Origin: Capsulimonadaceae bacterium
Lineage (GTDB): Bacteria; Armatimonadota; Armatimonadia; Armatimonadales; Capsulimonadaceae
Direction: 5' to 3'
Assembly: GCA_965215505.1 (NCBI GenBank)
Contig: OZ244065.1
Location: 5,632,001 to 5,696,000 of the forward strand
Length of the DNA: 64,000 nucleotides
A program made the translations under genes and the position numbers. Shown here one piece after another: positions 9,313 to 18,980 of this stretch. The notes below the pieces were generated by a model, which was not told the origin of the DNA, did not search any database, and worked only from the letters and a program-made list of their open reading frames with translations. The stretch's first letter is position 1; every line of letters starts with the position of its first letter.

Positions 9313-10434
9313 ATGGCTATTTTGCAGGACAGAACGACTACACAAGGCAGCACGCAAGAGATTACAAAGGATCAGGTACTTGATGCGCTGCGGCGCGTCA
9401 TTGACCCGGACTTTCATAAAGACCTCGTGACGCTCGGCATGATCAAAAACGTCGTCGTGGACGGGCCGGTCGTCGCCTTCACCGTGGAGCTGACCACGCC
9501 CGCCTGCCCGCTGAAAGAAGAGATCGAGCGGATGTGTCGCGTCGAGGTCGGAAGCATCGAGGGCGTCGGCGAGATCAGGATCGAGATGACGGCCCGCGTG
9601 CGGGCCAACACCGGCAAGGGCACGCAGCAGCCGATACCGGGCGTCAAGAACATCGTCGCCATCGCCTCGGGGAAGGGGGGCGTCGGCAAAAGCACGGTCT
9701 CGGCCAACATCGCCTGCGCACTGGCCCAATCGGGCGCGAAGGTCGGGCTGATGGACGCCGACATCTACGGGCCGTCCATTCCCATCATCATGGGCGTCGA
9801 GGACAAGCAGCCCTTGGTGGACGAGAAAAAGGAAAAGATGCTGCCAATCGAGCAGTACGGCGTCAAGGTCATGTCCATGGGCTTCTTACAGCCCGGCGGC
9901 GCGGCCGTCATCTGGCGCGGCCCGATGGTCGCCAAGGCCGTGCAGCAGTTCCTGCGGGACGTGGAATGGGGCGAGATAGACTACCTGATTGTGGACCTGC
10001 CGCCGGGTACGGGTGACGCGCAGCTTACGCTGGCCCAGGCCATCCCGCTGTCCGGCGCGGTCGTCGTGATGACCCCGCAGGACCTCGCCGCCGCCGTGGC
10101 CGTCAAGGCCGTCTCCATGTTCAAGCGGCTGGACGTGCCCATTCTGGGCATCGTCGAGAACATGTCCTACTTCCTCTGCCCCACCTGCAACTCCCGCCAC
10201 CACGTTTTTTCGCACGGCGGGGGCCAGCAGGCGGCTGAGGCGCTGGACGTGCCGTTTTTCGGCGGCATCCCGCTGGCCCTGGACATCGGGGCCGAGGCCG
10301 ACGAGGGGACGCCCTCCGTGGTCGCCAGCCCGAACGGGCCTTACGCCCAGGTCTTCCGCGAGGTGGCCGAGCGAATCGCGCAGGCGGTCAGCATCCGCGC
10401 CCGGACGTTCGTGCCGCTGGCGATGACGAAGTGA
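9313..10434 (+). CDS. mrp: Mrp/ApbC (NBP35) Fe-S cluster carrier ATPase with N-terminal DUF59 domain
   Basis: VIDPDF, LTTPACPL, ASGKGGVGKST, DADIYGPS, WRGPM, DLPPGTGD, CPTC. Confidence 0.95.
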   Translation: MAILQDRTTTQGSTQEITKDQVLDALRRVIDPDFHKDLVTLGMIKNVVVDGPVVAFTVELTTPACPLKEEIERMCRVEVGSIEGVGEIRIEMTARVRANTGKGTQQPIPGVKNIVAIASGKGGVGKSTVSANIACALAQSGAKVGLMDADIYGPSIPIIMGVEDKQPLVDEKKEKMLPIEQYGVKVMSMGFLQPGGAAVIWRGPMVAKAVQQFLRDVEWGEIDYLIVDLPPGTGDAQLTLAQAIPLSGAVVVMTPQDLAAAVAVKAVSMFKRLDVPILGIVENMSYFLCPTCNSRHHVFSHGGGQQAAEALDVPFFGGIPLALDIGAEADEGTPSVVASPNGPYAQVFREVAERIAQAVSIRARTFVPLAMTK

Positions 10435-11258
10435 CCTGGCCGGAACTCGTCGTCCTGGCCGTCGCCCTCCTCTTCGGCTTCGGCGGTGCGGCCTGGCTCA
10501 TCCGCCGCTACGACCTGCACCGCCCCAACTTCCAGGGGCGGCGCATCCCCATGATCGCCGGGCTGGCGTTTGTGCTGGGCGGCGAGTTCTTTTACGCCTG
10601 CGAGTGGTTCTTGCAGGGCCTCCACACCAGCCTCGCCTCCGTCTACTTCCTTGTGACTCTGGGCTTCGGCGGTCTGGGGCTGCTGGACGACCTGAAGGGG
10701 GACCGGAAGGTCGGCGGGTATCGGGGCCACCTGGGGGCGCTGGCGCGAGGGAGGCTGACGACTGGGGCGGCCAAGGCCTTCGGTGGCGGACTGGTCAGTC
10801 TGGCGGCCGGGTTCCTGGTCGCCGCGCCCCGGCCCTTCGGCCATGCCCTGCTGGCCGGCCTGGTGATCGCGCTCTCCGCCAACACTTTGAACCTGCTGGA
10901 CCTGCGGCCGGGCCGATGCCTGTTCGGGTTTGGCGTCGGCACGGCGACTGTCGGGGCGGTCCTCTTTTCGCAGCACGCGCTGGGGACCGGCTACCTGCTG
11001 TGGGCGGCCCTCGCCTTCGCCCTGATCCTCTACCCCCTGGACGCCTGGGGTTCGGCGATGCTGGGGGACACGGGAGCCAACACCTTCGGGGCGGTTTTGG
11101 GCGTTGCCGGGGCCGTCTGTTTCTCCCCGCTCTGGCAGGGCGTCCTCGTGTTCGGCCTGCTCGGCTTCCAGCTCTGGTGCGAGCGCTACTCGCTGTCGCG
11201 CGTCATCGAAGGCAGTCCGTTCCTAGGCGGCCTCGACCGCAAAATCGGCGTCCGCTGA
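10431..11258 (+). CDS. MraY/WecA-like (glycosyltransferase family 4) membrane protein
   Basis: Multiple TM segments; LGLLDD, NTLNLLDLRPGR, MLGDTGAN. Confidence 0.8.
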   Translation: MTWPELVVLAVALLFGFGGAAWLIRRYDLHRPNFQGRRIPMIAGLAFVLGGEFFYACEWFLQGLHTSLASVYFLVTLGFGGLGLLDDLKGDRKVGGYRGHLGALARGRLTTGAAKAFGGGLVSLAAGFLVAAPRPFGHALLAGLVIALSANTLNLLDLRPGRCLFGFGVGTATVGAVLFSQHALGTGYLLWAALAFALILYPLDAWGSAMLGDTGANTFGAVLGVAGAVCFSPLWQGVLVFGLLGFQLWCERYSLSRVIEGSPFLGGLDRKIGVR

Positions 11259-12119
11259 CAGCCGGACCGCGCCGAGATATTTCCCCACATACTCGGGTTC
11301 ATCGCAGTCATCGATCCGCACGCCCTGCCCGCCCCGCGCGTGCAGGAAACGGCCGTCACCCAGGGCCAGCCCGATGTGCGTGGGCTTTTTGTCCTCGCGG
11401 CGGCTGAAGACGACCAGATCTCCGTCTTCCAGCAGCGCCGTATCGAACGACTGCCCCTCCTCCACCCGCCGGAACCGCCTGTCCGTGAACTGGATGTCGG
11501 CGTCGCGCAGGAGCTGTATGCCGTTGAGCTTGTAGGCGAGCTGCGTCAGCCCGGAGCAGTCAATCCCGAAGGGGGTGCAGCCGCCCCACAAGTAGGGGGT
11601 GCCGATGAGGCGCTTGGCGGTCTCGACGATGTTCCTGCCCAACGCCGCGATCAAGTCTTCCCGCGCGATTCGGTCCCGCAGCGTCTGCACCGCGGCCTCG
11701 GGGGCGTGCGTGAGGTTCAGGCTGACCCGGTGGACGTAGCCCGTTTGACCGTCCGGAAGAAGGAGGGGGACCCAGTCGCCGGCCTCGGCCCGCCGGGCGA
11801 TGACGGCCCTGGTGCCGACCACCAGCTTGGTCAGCATCTCGGAGCGGGCGTCTGGGGCGGAGAAGACGTCGGCGAAGAGGGTGGCGATGGTTGTCGTCAG
11901 CGCATCCGAGTCGTCGCGAACCGGCAGGAGAAGGCGGGCGGCGGCCCAGCCCTCATAGCGGTCCCCGGTCGCGACGCGGCAGAAGTCGCCCTGCGTGTCT
12001 AGGACGCGGACGCGGTCGCCCAGAATGGCCTGCGAGGCCAGTTCGGAACCTGAGTCCGGCTCCTCGTACACATCGGCGACGTTCTGCGCGACGACGCACT
12101 CTTGGAACTCTGGACTCAC
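11223..12119 (-). CDS. NlpC/P60 (C40) peptidase with two SH3b-like domains, YkfC-like, no signal peptide
   Basis: GTPYLWGG...GIDCSGLTQ, THIGL, FLHA; SQAILGDRV...YEGW. Confidence 0.9.
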   Translation of the reverse strand: MSPEFQECVVAQNVADVYEEPDSGSELASQAILGDRVRVLDTQGDFCRVATGDRYEGWAAARLLLPVRDDSDALTTTIATLFADVFSAPDARSEMLTKLVVGTRAVIARRAEAGDWVPLLLPDGQTGYVHRVSLNLTHAPEAAVQTLRDRIAREDLIAALGRNIVETAKRLIGTPYLWGGCTPFGIDCSGLTQLAYKLNGIQLLRDADIQFTDRRFRRVEEGQSFDTALLEDGDLVVFSRREDKKPTHIGLALGDGRFLHARGGQGVRIDDCDEPEYVGKYLGAVRLSADADFAVEAA

Positions 12120-12943
12120 TCGAAAACAATTTCCGTCCGCTCGCCGACCCGGATGCGGTCGCCATGCGCCAGCGGCCTCTCCTCATGGGCGAGTAGGGTT
12201 TCGCCGTTCAGCAGGGTGCCGTTCGTGCTGCCCGTGTCTACGATAGAATAGGCACCGTCGCGCCGGATGATCTCCGCGTGGCGGCGCGAAACGGCGTCGT
12301 CCAGGTCTATCTCCACGTCAGGGTAGTAGTGCATCTCGCCGTCGGGCCGCCCGATGACCGTCACCTCCTTGGTGATGTCGAAGGCGGCTGAGAGCCGGCC
12401 CATGCGTAAGACCAGGCGGGGCGGCGTCTCCTCGGTGGCGGGCGCGACCAGGGGGGCGTCCAGGACGAACGGCGCGACGATGGGAATGCCGGTCGGCGCG
12501 GTCGGGGTGAAGGCCGCCGCCAGCTCCTCGCGGGTCATGCGGAGGGTGGACGTGAATTCCCCGGCGTCCTCGCCGGGTTCCGCCGTGGAGGTGTCGAAGG
12601 ACGGCGTCGCCAACGTCGGCATCTCTGCCGTGGGGGCGGCAGGCGTGTCTTTGAGCGGTGGCGCGGCGATGACGGGCGCGGAGGCCAGCGGCAGGAGGTC
12701 TCCGGCGTCCGAGTAGTCCATCATCTTCAGCGGGCCGTCTTCGTCCTCGAAGTGCAGGGAATCGCCCGCTTCCATATCAGAGGCGGGCGCGTGCCCGAAC
12801 TCCGCCGGCGACTCGGTGCCGATCGCCGAAGCGCTGTAAATCTCCGCACCGCCCTCGGGCGTGATTGGCCCCGCCGCAGTCGCGGTCTCCGCATCCGGCG
12901 AATCCGACTGCGTCTTGTCCTTGCGTAGTTTCCATCCCGCCAT
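12116..12943 (-). CDS. FHA-domain protein with a long acidic, low-complexity N-terminus
   Basis: IGRPD, VSRRHAEI, DTGSTNGT, LAHGDRIRVG; start at 12943 chosen from GGGAG RBS and upstream promoter. Confidence 0.88.
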   Translation of the reverse strand: MAGWKLRKDKTQSDSPDAETATAAGPITPEGGAEIYSASAIGTESPAEFGHAPASDMEAGDSLHFEDEDGPLKMMDYSDAGDLLPLASAPVIAAPPLKDTPAAPTAEMPTLATPSFDTSTAEPGEDAGEFTSTLRMTREELAAAFTPTAPTGIPIVAPFVLDAPLVAPATEETPPRLVLRMGRLSAAFDITKEVTVIGRPDGEMHYYPDVEIDLDDAVSRRHAEIIRRDGAYSIVDTGSTNGTLLNGETLLAHEERPLAHGDRIRVGERTEIVFE

Positions 12944-12996
12944 AATGAAGGCTGCTCCCCGCCGAAGGTGGTTTTCGGCCGCTAAAAAGTTTCCAC

Positions 12997-13070
12997 AGTA
13001 TATCACGGCCCGCCCTGCGTGTCAAGCGGGCCGCCCGCCCTTGTCAAAAGGGGCCGTGATGTGCTATAAT
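12997..13070. promoter_or_regulatory. Back-to-back sigma70-type promoters for the FHA gene (minus) and the rpmH operon (plus)
   Basis: Minus: TTGACA-N17-TATACT (13025-12997) with TG extension. Plus: TTGTCA(13041)-N18-TATAAT(13065) with TG extension. Confidence 0.75.
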
Positions 13071-13128
13071 CCCTCACCAATTTCGCCTGAACTCCGATAG
13101 CGAGAGACTTGAAGAAGGACCCGAACCC

Positions 13129-13293
13129 ATGAAGCGACCCTACCAGCCGAACGTCCGGCACAAGATGAAAACGCACGGTTTCCGCGAGCGCATGAGTACG
13201 CCCGACGGCCGCAACGTCCTCAAGCGCCGCCGCGCCAAAGGCCGCTACAAGCTGTGCGTGACCCACACCGCCACGATCCCCAAGAGCATATAG
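13129..13293 (+). CDS. rpmH: 50S ribosomal protein L34 (not in the ORF track)
   Basis: Manual translation [54 protein letters not shown]. Confidence 0.97.
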   Translation: MKRPYQPNVRHKMKTHGFRERMSTPDGRNVLKRRRAKGRYKLCVTHTATIPKSI

Positions 13294-13299
13294 TCACTG

Positions 13300-13674
13300 A
13301 TGTTGCCGCGCCCTTCGCGCCTGAAACGCAGCCGGGACTTCCAGGCCGTTTACAAACGCCGGGCCTCCTGGGCATCGCCCCACCTTGTCTTGTACGTCCG
13401 CTTCCGCGCCCCGCGCGAGGGGGAAGACTCGCGTCTGGGCTTCGTGATCAGCAAGAAGATCGCCAAGCGCGCGCACGACCGGAACCGCCTGAAGCGCCGC
13501 CTGCGCGAGATCACGCGGCTCCACCTGCTGGCAGGCAGCCTCCGGCCTTATGACGCCCTCGTGGTCGCGCGGACGTCCGCCCCGGCGGTCGGCTTCGCGG
13601 CACTGAGGGCGGAACTGACCGGCATGGCCGTGCAGGCCGGGCTGCTCAGGGGGGCGGGGCTTGTGGGGGCATGA
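13300..13674 (+). CDS. rnpA: Ribonuclease P protein component
   Basis: [34 protein letters not shown] (RNR motif). Confidence 0.95.
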   Translation: MLPRPSRLKRSRDFQAVYKRRASWASPHLVLYVRFRAPREGEDSRLGFVISKKIAKRAHDRNRLKRRLREITRLHLLAGSLRPYDALVVARTSAPAVGFAALRAELTGMAVQAGLLRGAGLVGA

Positions 13675-13883
13675 TGGGGCACGTTCTAGTCTCGATTATT
13701 CGTATGTACCAGCATTACATCTCGCGCTGGACGCCCTCCGCCTGCCGGTTCCGGCCCACATGCTCGGAATACGCCGCCCAGGCCATCCTGCGGCATGGGG
13801 CGCTGCGCGGGGTGGGCATGGCCGCCCGTCGGCTCTGCCGCTGCCACCCGTTCCACCCCGGCGGCTATGACCCCGTGAAGTGA
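13671..13883 (+). CDS. yidD: Membrane protein insertion efficiency factor
   Basis: [30 protein letters not shown]. Confidence 0.95.
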   Translation: MMGHVLVSIIRMYQHYISRWTPSACRFRPTCSEYAAQAILRHGALRGVGMAARRLCRCHPFHPGGYDPVK

Positions 13884-13937
13884 TGAACGGGGATAGTGAT
13901 GGACGGGAATAAGAAAAGCTTGTACTTGGGAGCATTG

Positions 13938-15344
13938 ATGAAGAACTGTCTCGCCGCCTCACGGATACTGCTCTGCGCGGCGTTTTTCCTGACCTCCGGC
14001 GTGGCCGCCAGCGCGCAGGCGCCCGGCGACCCCAACTCGCCGCCCGCCTACGGGGTCGCCATGCGGCTCCAGGCGGAGGCGCAGGCCGCCCGCTCGGCTG
14101 GCCAGCTCGAAACCGCCCACAACCGCGCCTATCAGGCCGTCCTGCAATTCCAGCAGGTGGTCAAGAGCCGCGCCTATGGCCACACCCCCTATGCCCGCGA
14201 GGCGCTGCGGCAGCAGGCCGTTCTGGAAGAGAGCTTCTTGCAGGACAAGAACGCCGCCATCCAGTCCCTCCAGACCCTGCACAACACTTTCCCCGAAGAT
14301 CAGGCCGTCTTGATGCAGATCCAGCGTGTCGGGAACGCCCTGGACCAGTTCAACAAGACCATCACGCCACGGAGTACGCCGTTCCACGTTCTGGGCGCGC
14401 TCCTCTACCGGACCATGGACTTCCTGGTCGCGCTGACGGGCCGGCAGCCGTGGTCGTATTTCCTCGCCATCCTGATGGTTTCCGTCCTGGTCAAGCTGGC
14501 CCTGACGCCGCTCTCCAACAAGCAGTACGCCTCCATGAAGGAGATGCAGAAGCTCCAGCCGTACATGGCGGAGCTTCAGGCCAAGCACAAGAACGACAAA
14601 GAGCTGCTGGGCCGCAAAATGATGGAGCTGTACAAGGAACACAGCATCAACCCCGCCGCCGGGTGCATCACCATGCTGCCGACGATCCCCATCATGTACC
14701 TGCTCTACTACATGATCCGGCTCTACCAGTACCAGTTCTCGCACGGCACCTTCCTGTGGATCGGCAGCGGCCTGTCGCACCTGTTCCCCAGCATCATGGG
14801 CATCAACCTGGGCCAGCCCGACTGGCCCCTGCTGCTGCTGTACGCCGGCTCCATGTACGTCACGCAGAAGATGACGATCCAGCCCTCCATGGACCCGCAG
14901 CAGGCCGAGACGCAGAAAATGATGACGATCATGACGCCGTTCATGACGACCTACTTCTTCTACCAGTATCATCTGCCGTCCGCCTTCGTCCTGTACTACC
15001 TGATCTTTAACATCCTGTCCACGTCGCAGCAGAAGTACTACATGAGGAAGCGGGCCGGCGATGCCCCGAGCGCGGACAGCGGCGGCGACGGCGGCAGTAA
15101 GCGTCTTCCCCTCCTGCCTACCGGCCCCAGCGGCGGCCAGTCGAAGCCCCTGACCAACGGGAACGGCACGAGCAACGGCAACGGCAGCCGCCGCATCGGG
15201 CCGGGCCGGACCGTTCCCATCGCCGAGGCCAAAGAGGAAGACCGCACGGGCGACAATTTTGCGCCCCTGCGGAACGGCACCGCGCCGACCGCGCGGGGCG
15301 TGATTGCGCCGAAAAAGGTCCACCCCAAGAAGAAGCGACGCTAG
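13938..15344 (+). CDS. yidC: YidC/Oxa1 membrane insertase with N-terminal exported helical domain and long basic C-tail
   Basis: VKLALTPL, MQKLQP, MELYKEHSINPAAGC, LPSAFVLYY; synteny. Confidence 0.93.
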   Translation: MKNCLAASRILLCAAFFLTSGVAASAQAPGDPNSPPAYGVAMRLQAEAQAARSAGQLETAHNRAYQAVLQFQQVVKSRAYGHTPYAREALRQQAVLEESFLQDKNAAIQSLQTLHNTFPEDQAVLMQIQRVGNALDQFNKTITPRSTPFHVLGALLYRTMDFLVALTGRQPWSYFLAILMVSVLVKLALTPLSNKQYASMKEMQKLQPYMAELQAKHKNDKELLGRKMMELYKEHSINPAAGCITMLPTIPIMYLLYYMIRLYQYQFSHGTFLWIGSGLSHLFPSIMGINLGQPDWPLLLLYAGSMYVTQKMTIQPSMDPQQAETQKMMTIMTPFMTTYFFYQYHLPSAFVLYYLIFNILSTSQQKYYMRKRAGDAPSADSGGDGGSKRLPLLPTGPSGGQSKPLTNGNGTSNGNGSRRIGPGRTVPIAEAKEEDRTGDNFAPLRNGTAPTARGVIAPKKVHPKKKRR

Positions 15345-15388
15345 AAAAAGCGACGCTAGGGAGCGCCCCGAGAGGAATCGCCGCAGCC

Positions 15389-15871
15389 GTGCCAGACACC
15401 GATCTCGAAATCGCCAGCGCCACCGCCCTGGCCCACCTGCAAACCCTGCTGACCCTGGGCGAGCTGTCGGCGGTCGCCGCGCCCGAGTCGCTCGAGCGCG
15501 AGACGCTGACGCTCGCCGTCACCGGCCCCGACGCCTCCTTCCTCGTCGGGGCGCATGGGCAGACGCTCGACGCCCTCCAGTACCTGCTGATGCTGATGAC
15601 CAACAAGGGTCAGGGCAGCCGCCTCCGCGTCACCGTGGACGCCGACTCGTACCGCGCCCGCCGCGCCCGGAAGCTGGCCGAGTTCGCAAACGAGTTGGCC
15701 GCCGAGGTGGGCAAGACCGGCCAGGAGGCCATCACGGACGCCTTGAACCCGATGGAGCGCCGCCTCATCCACACCGCCCTGGTGGATCACCCCGACGTCG
15801 AGACATACTCCGAAGGGGACGAGCCGAACCGATACGTCGTCATCACGCCGCGCAAAACGGCGGCGGGCTGA
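15389..15871 (+). CDS. jag: Jag/KhpB (EloR) KH + R3H RNA-binding protein, lacking the Jag_N domain
   Basis: LVGAHGQTLDALQYL, NPMERRLIHTAL, TYSEGDEPNRYVVI. Confidence 0.9.
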   Translation: MPDTDLEIASATALAHLQTLLTLGELSAVAAPESLERETLTLAVTGPDASFLVGAHGQTLDALQYLLMLMTNKGQGSRLRVTVDADSYRARRARKLAEFANELAAEVGKTGQEAITDALNPMERRLIHTALVDHPDVETYSEGDEPNRYVVITPRKTAAG

Positions 15872-15904
15872 CCACCCGTTTTCCGGTCCGTGGACGGGGC
15901 AAAG

Positions 15905-15960
15905 AGGCAGGCTCTCTTAAAGGGCCTGCCTTGACTTTTGTGTGGGGAACCCCGTATAAT
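15905..15960 (+). promoter_or_regulatory. Terminator-like hairpin after jag, followed by the recG promoter
   Basis: AGGCAGGCTCT-CTTAA-AGGGCCTGCCT; TTGACT(15931)-N18-TATAAT(15955). Confidence 0.6.
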
Positions 15961-16033
15961 GTCGTGTTAAGCAGCGTTCCTACTAGATGTGCTATGCAGG
16001 CACGGGGCGAGGCGATTGGACTCTCAACACGCT

Positions 16034-18184
16034 ATGGTGACACGCGCTGCTAAGGTGAAAGATTTACCGGAGGACACGGCGGAAGGGGGGCCGCCGGAAG
16101 ATCCGGCGGAGAAGTCGCTCGACGACCTGGTGACCCGCCTGCCCGGCGTCACCGAGCAATTCGCCGCCGCACTAGGCAAGGGGCTGGCCGTCCACACGGT
16201 CGGCGATCTGCTGCGCCACTACCCGCGCCGCTACGAGGACCGAACCCACTTCAAGCCCATCTGCGACGTCCGGCACGGCGAAGCGGTGACCATCAGCGGC
16301 AAGGTGATCAGCGTCGAGAACATCCCGACCCGCTCCCGCGTCACGCTCACCAAGGTCGCCCTGGATGACCGCAGCGGCATCGCCTTCCTCGTCTTCTTCA
16401 ACCAGTGGTATCTCAAGAAGCAGTTCGACAAGCTGCGCGGCAAGGTCGTCGTCGCCTACGGCAAGTCCTCCCGCGCCGGGCGCGGCGGCCTGGACATGAC
16501 GGATGTGGAATGGGAAGCGCCCGAGGACGACAAAGATGCTCTGTCTTCGGGCCGCATCGTGCCGGTCTACCCGCTCACCGAGGGCGCGTTGCAGGCGCGC
16601 GTCCGCCGGGCCGTTTGGTGCGCCCTGGAGGAGTACGGTGATCTGGCCGAGGAAACTCTGCCGCCGGACCTGCGCGGCCGCCGGGACCTGCCGCCGCTGG
16701 CCGACGCCTTGCGCGCGATCCATTTCCCCGAGACGGAGGAAACCCGGCTGGCCGCCCAGCGCCGGTTCGTCTTCGATGAGTTCTTCGGCCTCCAGCTCCT
16801 GCTCGCCGTCCGCAAGCGCCAGGCCGACAAGATGCAGGGCACGGCCTTCGCTGAGACGAGTGGCCCGATCGCCGAACTCCGGGGGGTCCTGCCGTACCCC
16901 CTGACCGGCGCGCAGGACCGCGTCATCGGCGAGCTTGCCCTCGACATGGCCTCCACGCGGCCCATGAACCGGCTGGTGCAGGGGGACGTCGGCGCGGGCA
17001 AGACCGTCGTCGCCATGTCCGCCCTGCTGATCGCGGTCCGCAACGGCTACCAGGCCGCCCTGATGGCCCCGACGGAGATACTCGCCGAGCAGCACTATCT
17101 GGGCATCCGGCGCACGATGGAGTCGCTGGGCGTCACGGTCACGCTGCTCTCCGGCAGCCTGCCCGCGAAGGAGAAACGCGCCGCCCTGGCCGCCGCCGCC
17201 TCGGGCGAGGCGAACATCGTGGTCGGGACGCACGCGCTCATCCAGGATGACGTAGTCTTCCACCGCCTGGGCCTGGGCGTCGTGGACGAGCAGCACCGCT
17301 TCGGCGTCATGCAGCGCGCCGCCCTGAAGCAGAAGGGCTTTTCGCCGGACGTCCTGGTCATGACCGCGACGCCGATCCCGCGCACACTGACCTTGACCGT
17401 CTACGGCGACCTCGACGTCAGCATCATCGACCAGTTGCCGCCGGGCCGCAAGCCCATCAAGACGCACTGGAAGCGCAGCCACGAGCGTCAGGCCGTTTAT
17501 GAAACCCTGCGCCGTTTGCTGAAAGAGGGCCGCCAGGCGTATGTCATTTGCAGCCTGATCGAAGAAAACGAGAAGCTGCAAGCCCGCGCCGCGACTGAGC
17601 TTGCGAGCCACTTGCAGACCCACGTCTTCACCGAGTACAAAGTCGGCCTGCTGCACGGCCAGATGAAGCCCCTGGAGAAGGAAGCCACCATGACGAGCTT
17701 CCGCGACCGCGAGTTGCAGCTTCTGGTATCCACCACGGTCATCGAGGTCGGCGTGGACGTGCCCAACGCCTCGGTCATCGTCATCGAGGATGCCGACCGG
17801 TTCGGCATGGCCCAGCTCCATCAGCTCCGGGGGCGGGTAGGGCGCGGCGATACGCAGTCCTACTGCCTGCTCATCGGCGACCCGAAGACGGAAGACGGCT
17901 CCTCCCGCCTGACCACGATGGCCCAGACGACCGACGGCTTTCTGATCGCCGAGGAGGACCTGAAGCTGCGGGGTCCGGGCGACTTCTACGGCACGCGCCA
18001 GTCCGGCCTCCAGCCCTTGCCGTTCATTGACGTCGTCCGCGACGTGCCCGTCCTGAAGGAAGCCCGCGAGGAGGCGTTCGCCTTGCTGCTGGACGACCCG
18101 AAGCTCGCCCGCCCCGAACACGCCGCGTTGAAAGCCGTCGTCAAGAGCAAATACAAGAACGTGCTGGGGCTGTCGGCGAGTTAA
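16034..18184 (+). CDS. recG: ATP-dependent DNA helicase RecG (start approximate)
   Basis: HYPRRYEDR, QGDVGAGKT, MAPTEILAEQH, DEQHRFG, MTATPIPRTL, QLHQLRGRVGRG. Confidence 0.97.
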   Translation: MVTRAAKVKDLPEDTAEGGPPEDPAEKSLDDLVTRLPGVTEQFAAALGKGLAVHTVGDLLRHYPRRYEDRTHFKPICDVRHGEAVTISGKVISVENIPTRSRVTLTKVALDDRSGIAFLVFFNQWYLKKQFDKLRGKVVVAYGKSSRAGRGGLDMTDVEWEAPEDDKDALSSGRIVPVYPLTEGALQARVRRAVWCALEEYGDLAEETLPPDLRGRRDLPPLADALRAIHFPETEETRLAAQRRFVFDEFFGLQLLLAVRKRQADKMQGTAFAETSGPIAELRGVLPYPLTGAQDRVIGELALDMASTRPMNRLVQGDVGAGKTVVAMSALLIAVRNGYQAALMAPTEILAEQHYLGIRRTMESLGVTVTLLSGSLPAKEKRAALAAAASGEANIVVGTHALIQDDVVFHRLGLGVVDEQHRFGVMQRAALKQKGFSPDVLVMTATPIPRTLTLTVYGDLDVSIIDQLPPGRKPIKTHWKRSHERQAVYETLRRLLKEGRQAYVICSLIEENEKLQARAATELASHLQTHVFTEYKVGLLHGQMKPLEKEATMTSFRDRELQLLVSTTVIEVGVDVPNASVIVIEDADRFGMAQLHQLRGRVGRGDTQSYCLLIGDPKTEDGSSRLTTMAQTTDGFLIAEEDLKLRGPGDFYGTRQSGLQPLPFIDVVRDVPVLKEAREEAFALLLDDPKLARPEHAALKAVVKSKYKNVLGLSAS

Positions 18185-18195
18185 GGCATAATCTT

Positions 18196-18462
18196 GTGGA
18201 CGAGGAAACAAACCACCTTCCATATTTCGGGGAGGTCTTACCGGACGGCAGCCTGAGCATTCCCACTTTTGGGTGTTCATCAAGTGGTGAAAAATGGGAT
18301 GGGCGCGTTGTAGTGACGCCGGAACACCCAAGCTACGCGCTCTGGCTATCACAGATCAACAACCAAGCCGCCTATCATGCGGCTCTCGCCGAAGAGCGGA
18401 GGCAAGCGAGAGAACAGAGAAGGCAGGGGAGCAGAGGGCGAAGGCAAGAGCGTCAGCCATGA
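18196..18462 (+). CDS. Hypothetical protein (88 aa)
   Basis: Lower-GC ORF filling the gap after recG; its stop overlaps the next ATG (ATGA). Confidence 0.5.
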   Translation: MDEETNHLPYFGEVLPDGSLSIPTFGCSSSGEKWDGRVVVTPEHPSYALWLSQINNQAAYHAALAEERRQAREQRRQGSRGRRQERQP

Positions 18463-18671
18463 CAAACTGCGTTGAGGGCCAGTACACTTCCGATGCTGAC
18501 GGCAAAGAGATCGGCGTTATTCTGCCAATCAAGCTTTGGCACGAGATCAACTCCGAGCGCGAAACGGCCCACCTCCTGAAAAGCGAGAACATGAAGCGCC
18601 GCCTGTTGGAAGCCAAAGGGGGCGAGAATGTTATCCCTTCTGACAAGGTCTTTTATCTACTTGGCTTGTGA
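18459..18671 (+). CDS. Phd/YefM-like antitoxin, orphan
   Basis: QYTSDADGKEIGVILPI...ERETAHLLKSENMKRRLLEA (YefM-like ETxxLL motif); no YoeB-like gene follows. Confidence 0.65.
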   Translation: MTNCVEGQYTSDADGKEIGVILPIKLWHEINSERETAHLLKSENMKRRLLEAKGGENVIPSDKVFYLLGL

Positions 18672-18695
18672 CCAGTCGCGGAGGAGCAACAGACT

Positions 18696-18980
18696 ATGAC
18701 ACTTACAATCACACCACAGACGGAAGCCCTGCTGCTGGCGAAAGCCGAGCGAGACGGCGGAGACATCAATACCGTTGCGGACGTGCTGCTGGCGTATATT
18801 CTCGCGCGTGAGCAGGAGGAAGAGATTGCCGCATTGCGCGTCGGACTGGAGGCGAGTGACGCGGGGCGTGTCCGTTCACTAGCCGAAGTCGCCGCAGAGA
18901 AGCGCGCTAAGTATCACCTGCCGACACACCTCTCCGATGAAGAAATTTTCTCGGGTGAAGAAGGTATCCCCCGCAAGTGA
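18696..18980 (+). CDS. ParD-like antitoxin
   Basis: MTLTITPQTEALL...ALRVGLEASDAGRVRSL; GGAGG RBS; GTGA overlap with the toxin gene. Confidence 0.7.
   Translation: MTLTITPQTEALLLAKAERDGGDINTVADVLLAYILAREQEEEIAALRVGLEASDAGRVRSLAEVAAEKRAKYHLPTHLSDEEIFSGEEGIPRK

Noticed and set aside
12960-13128. oriC next to rpmH
   Set aside because: Only one imperfect DnaA box, no AT-rich unwinding element, and no dnaA.
16172-18352. Long antisense ORFs (e.g. 16172-18352, 30750-32627, 44572-46785, 47474-49237, 56726-59059)
   Set aside because: Shadow frames of well-supported genes, expected from high GC3 codon bias; no recognisable motifs.
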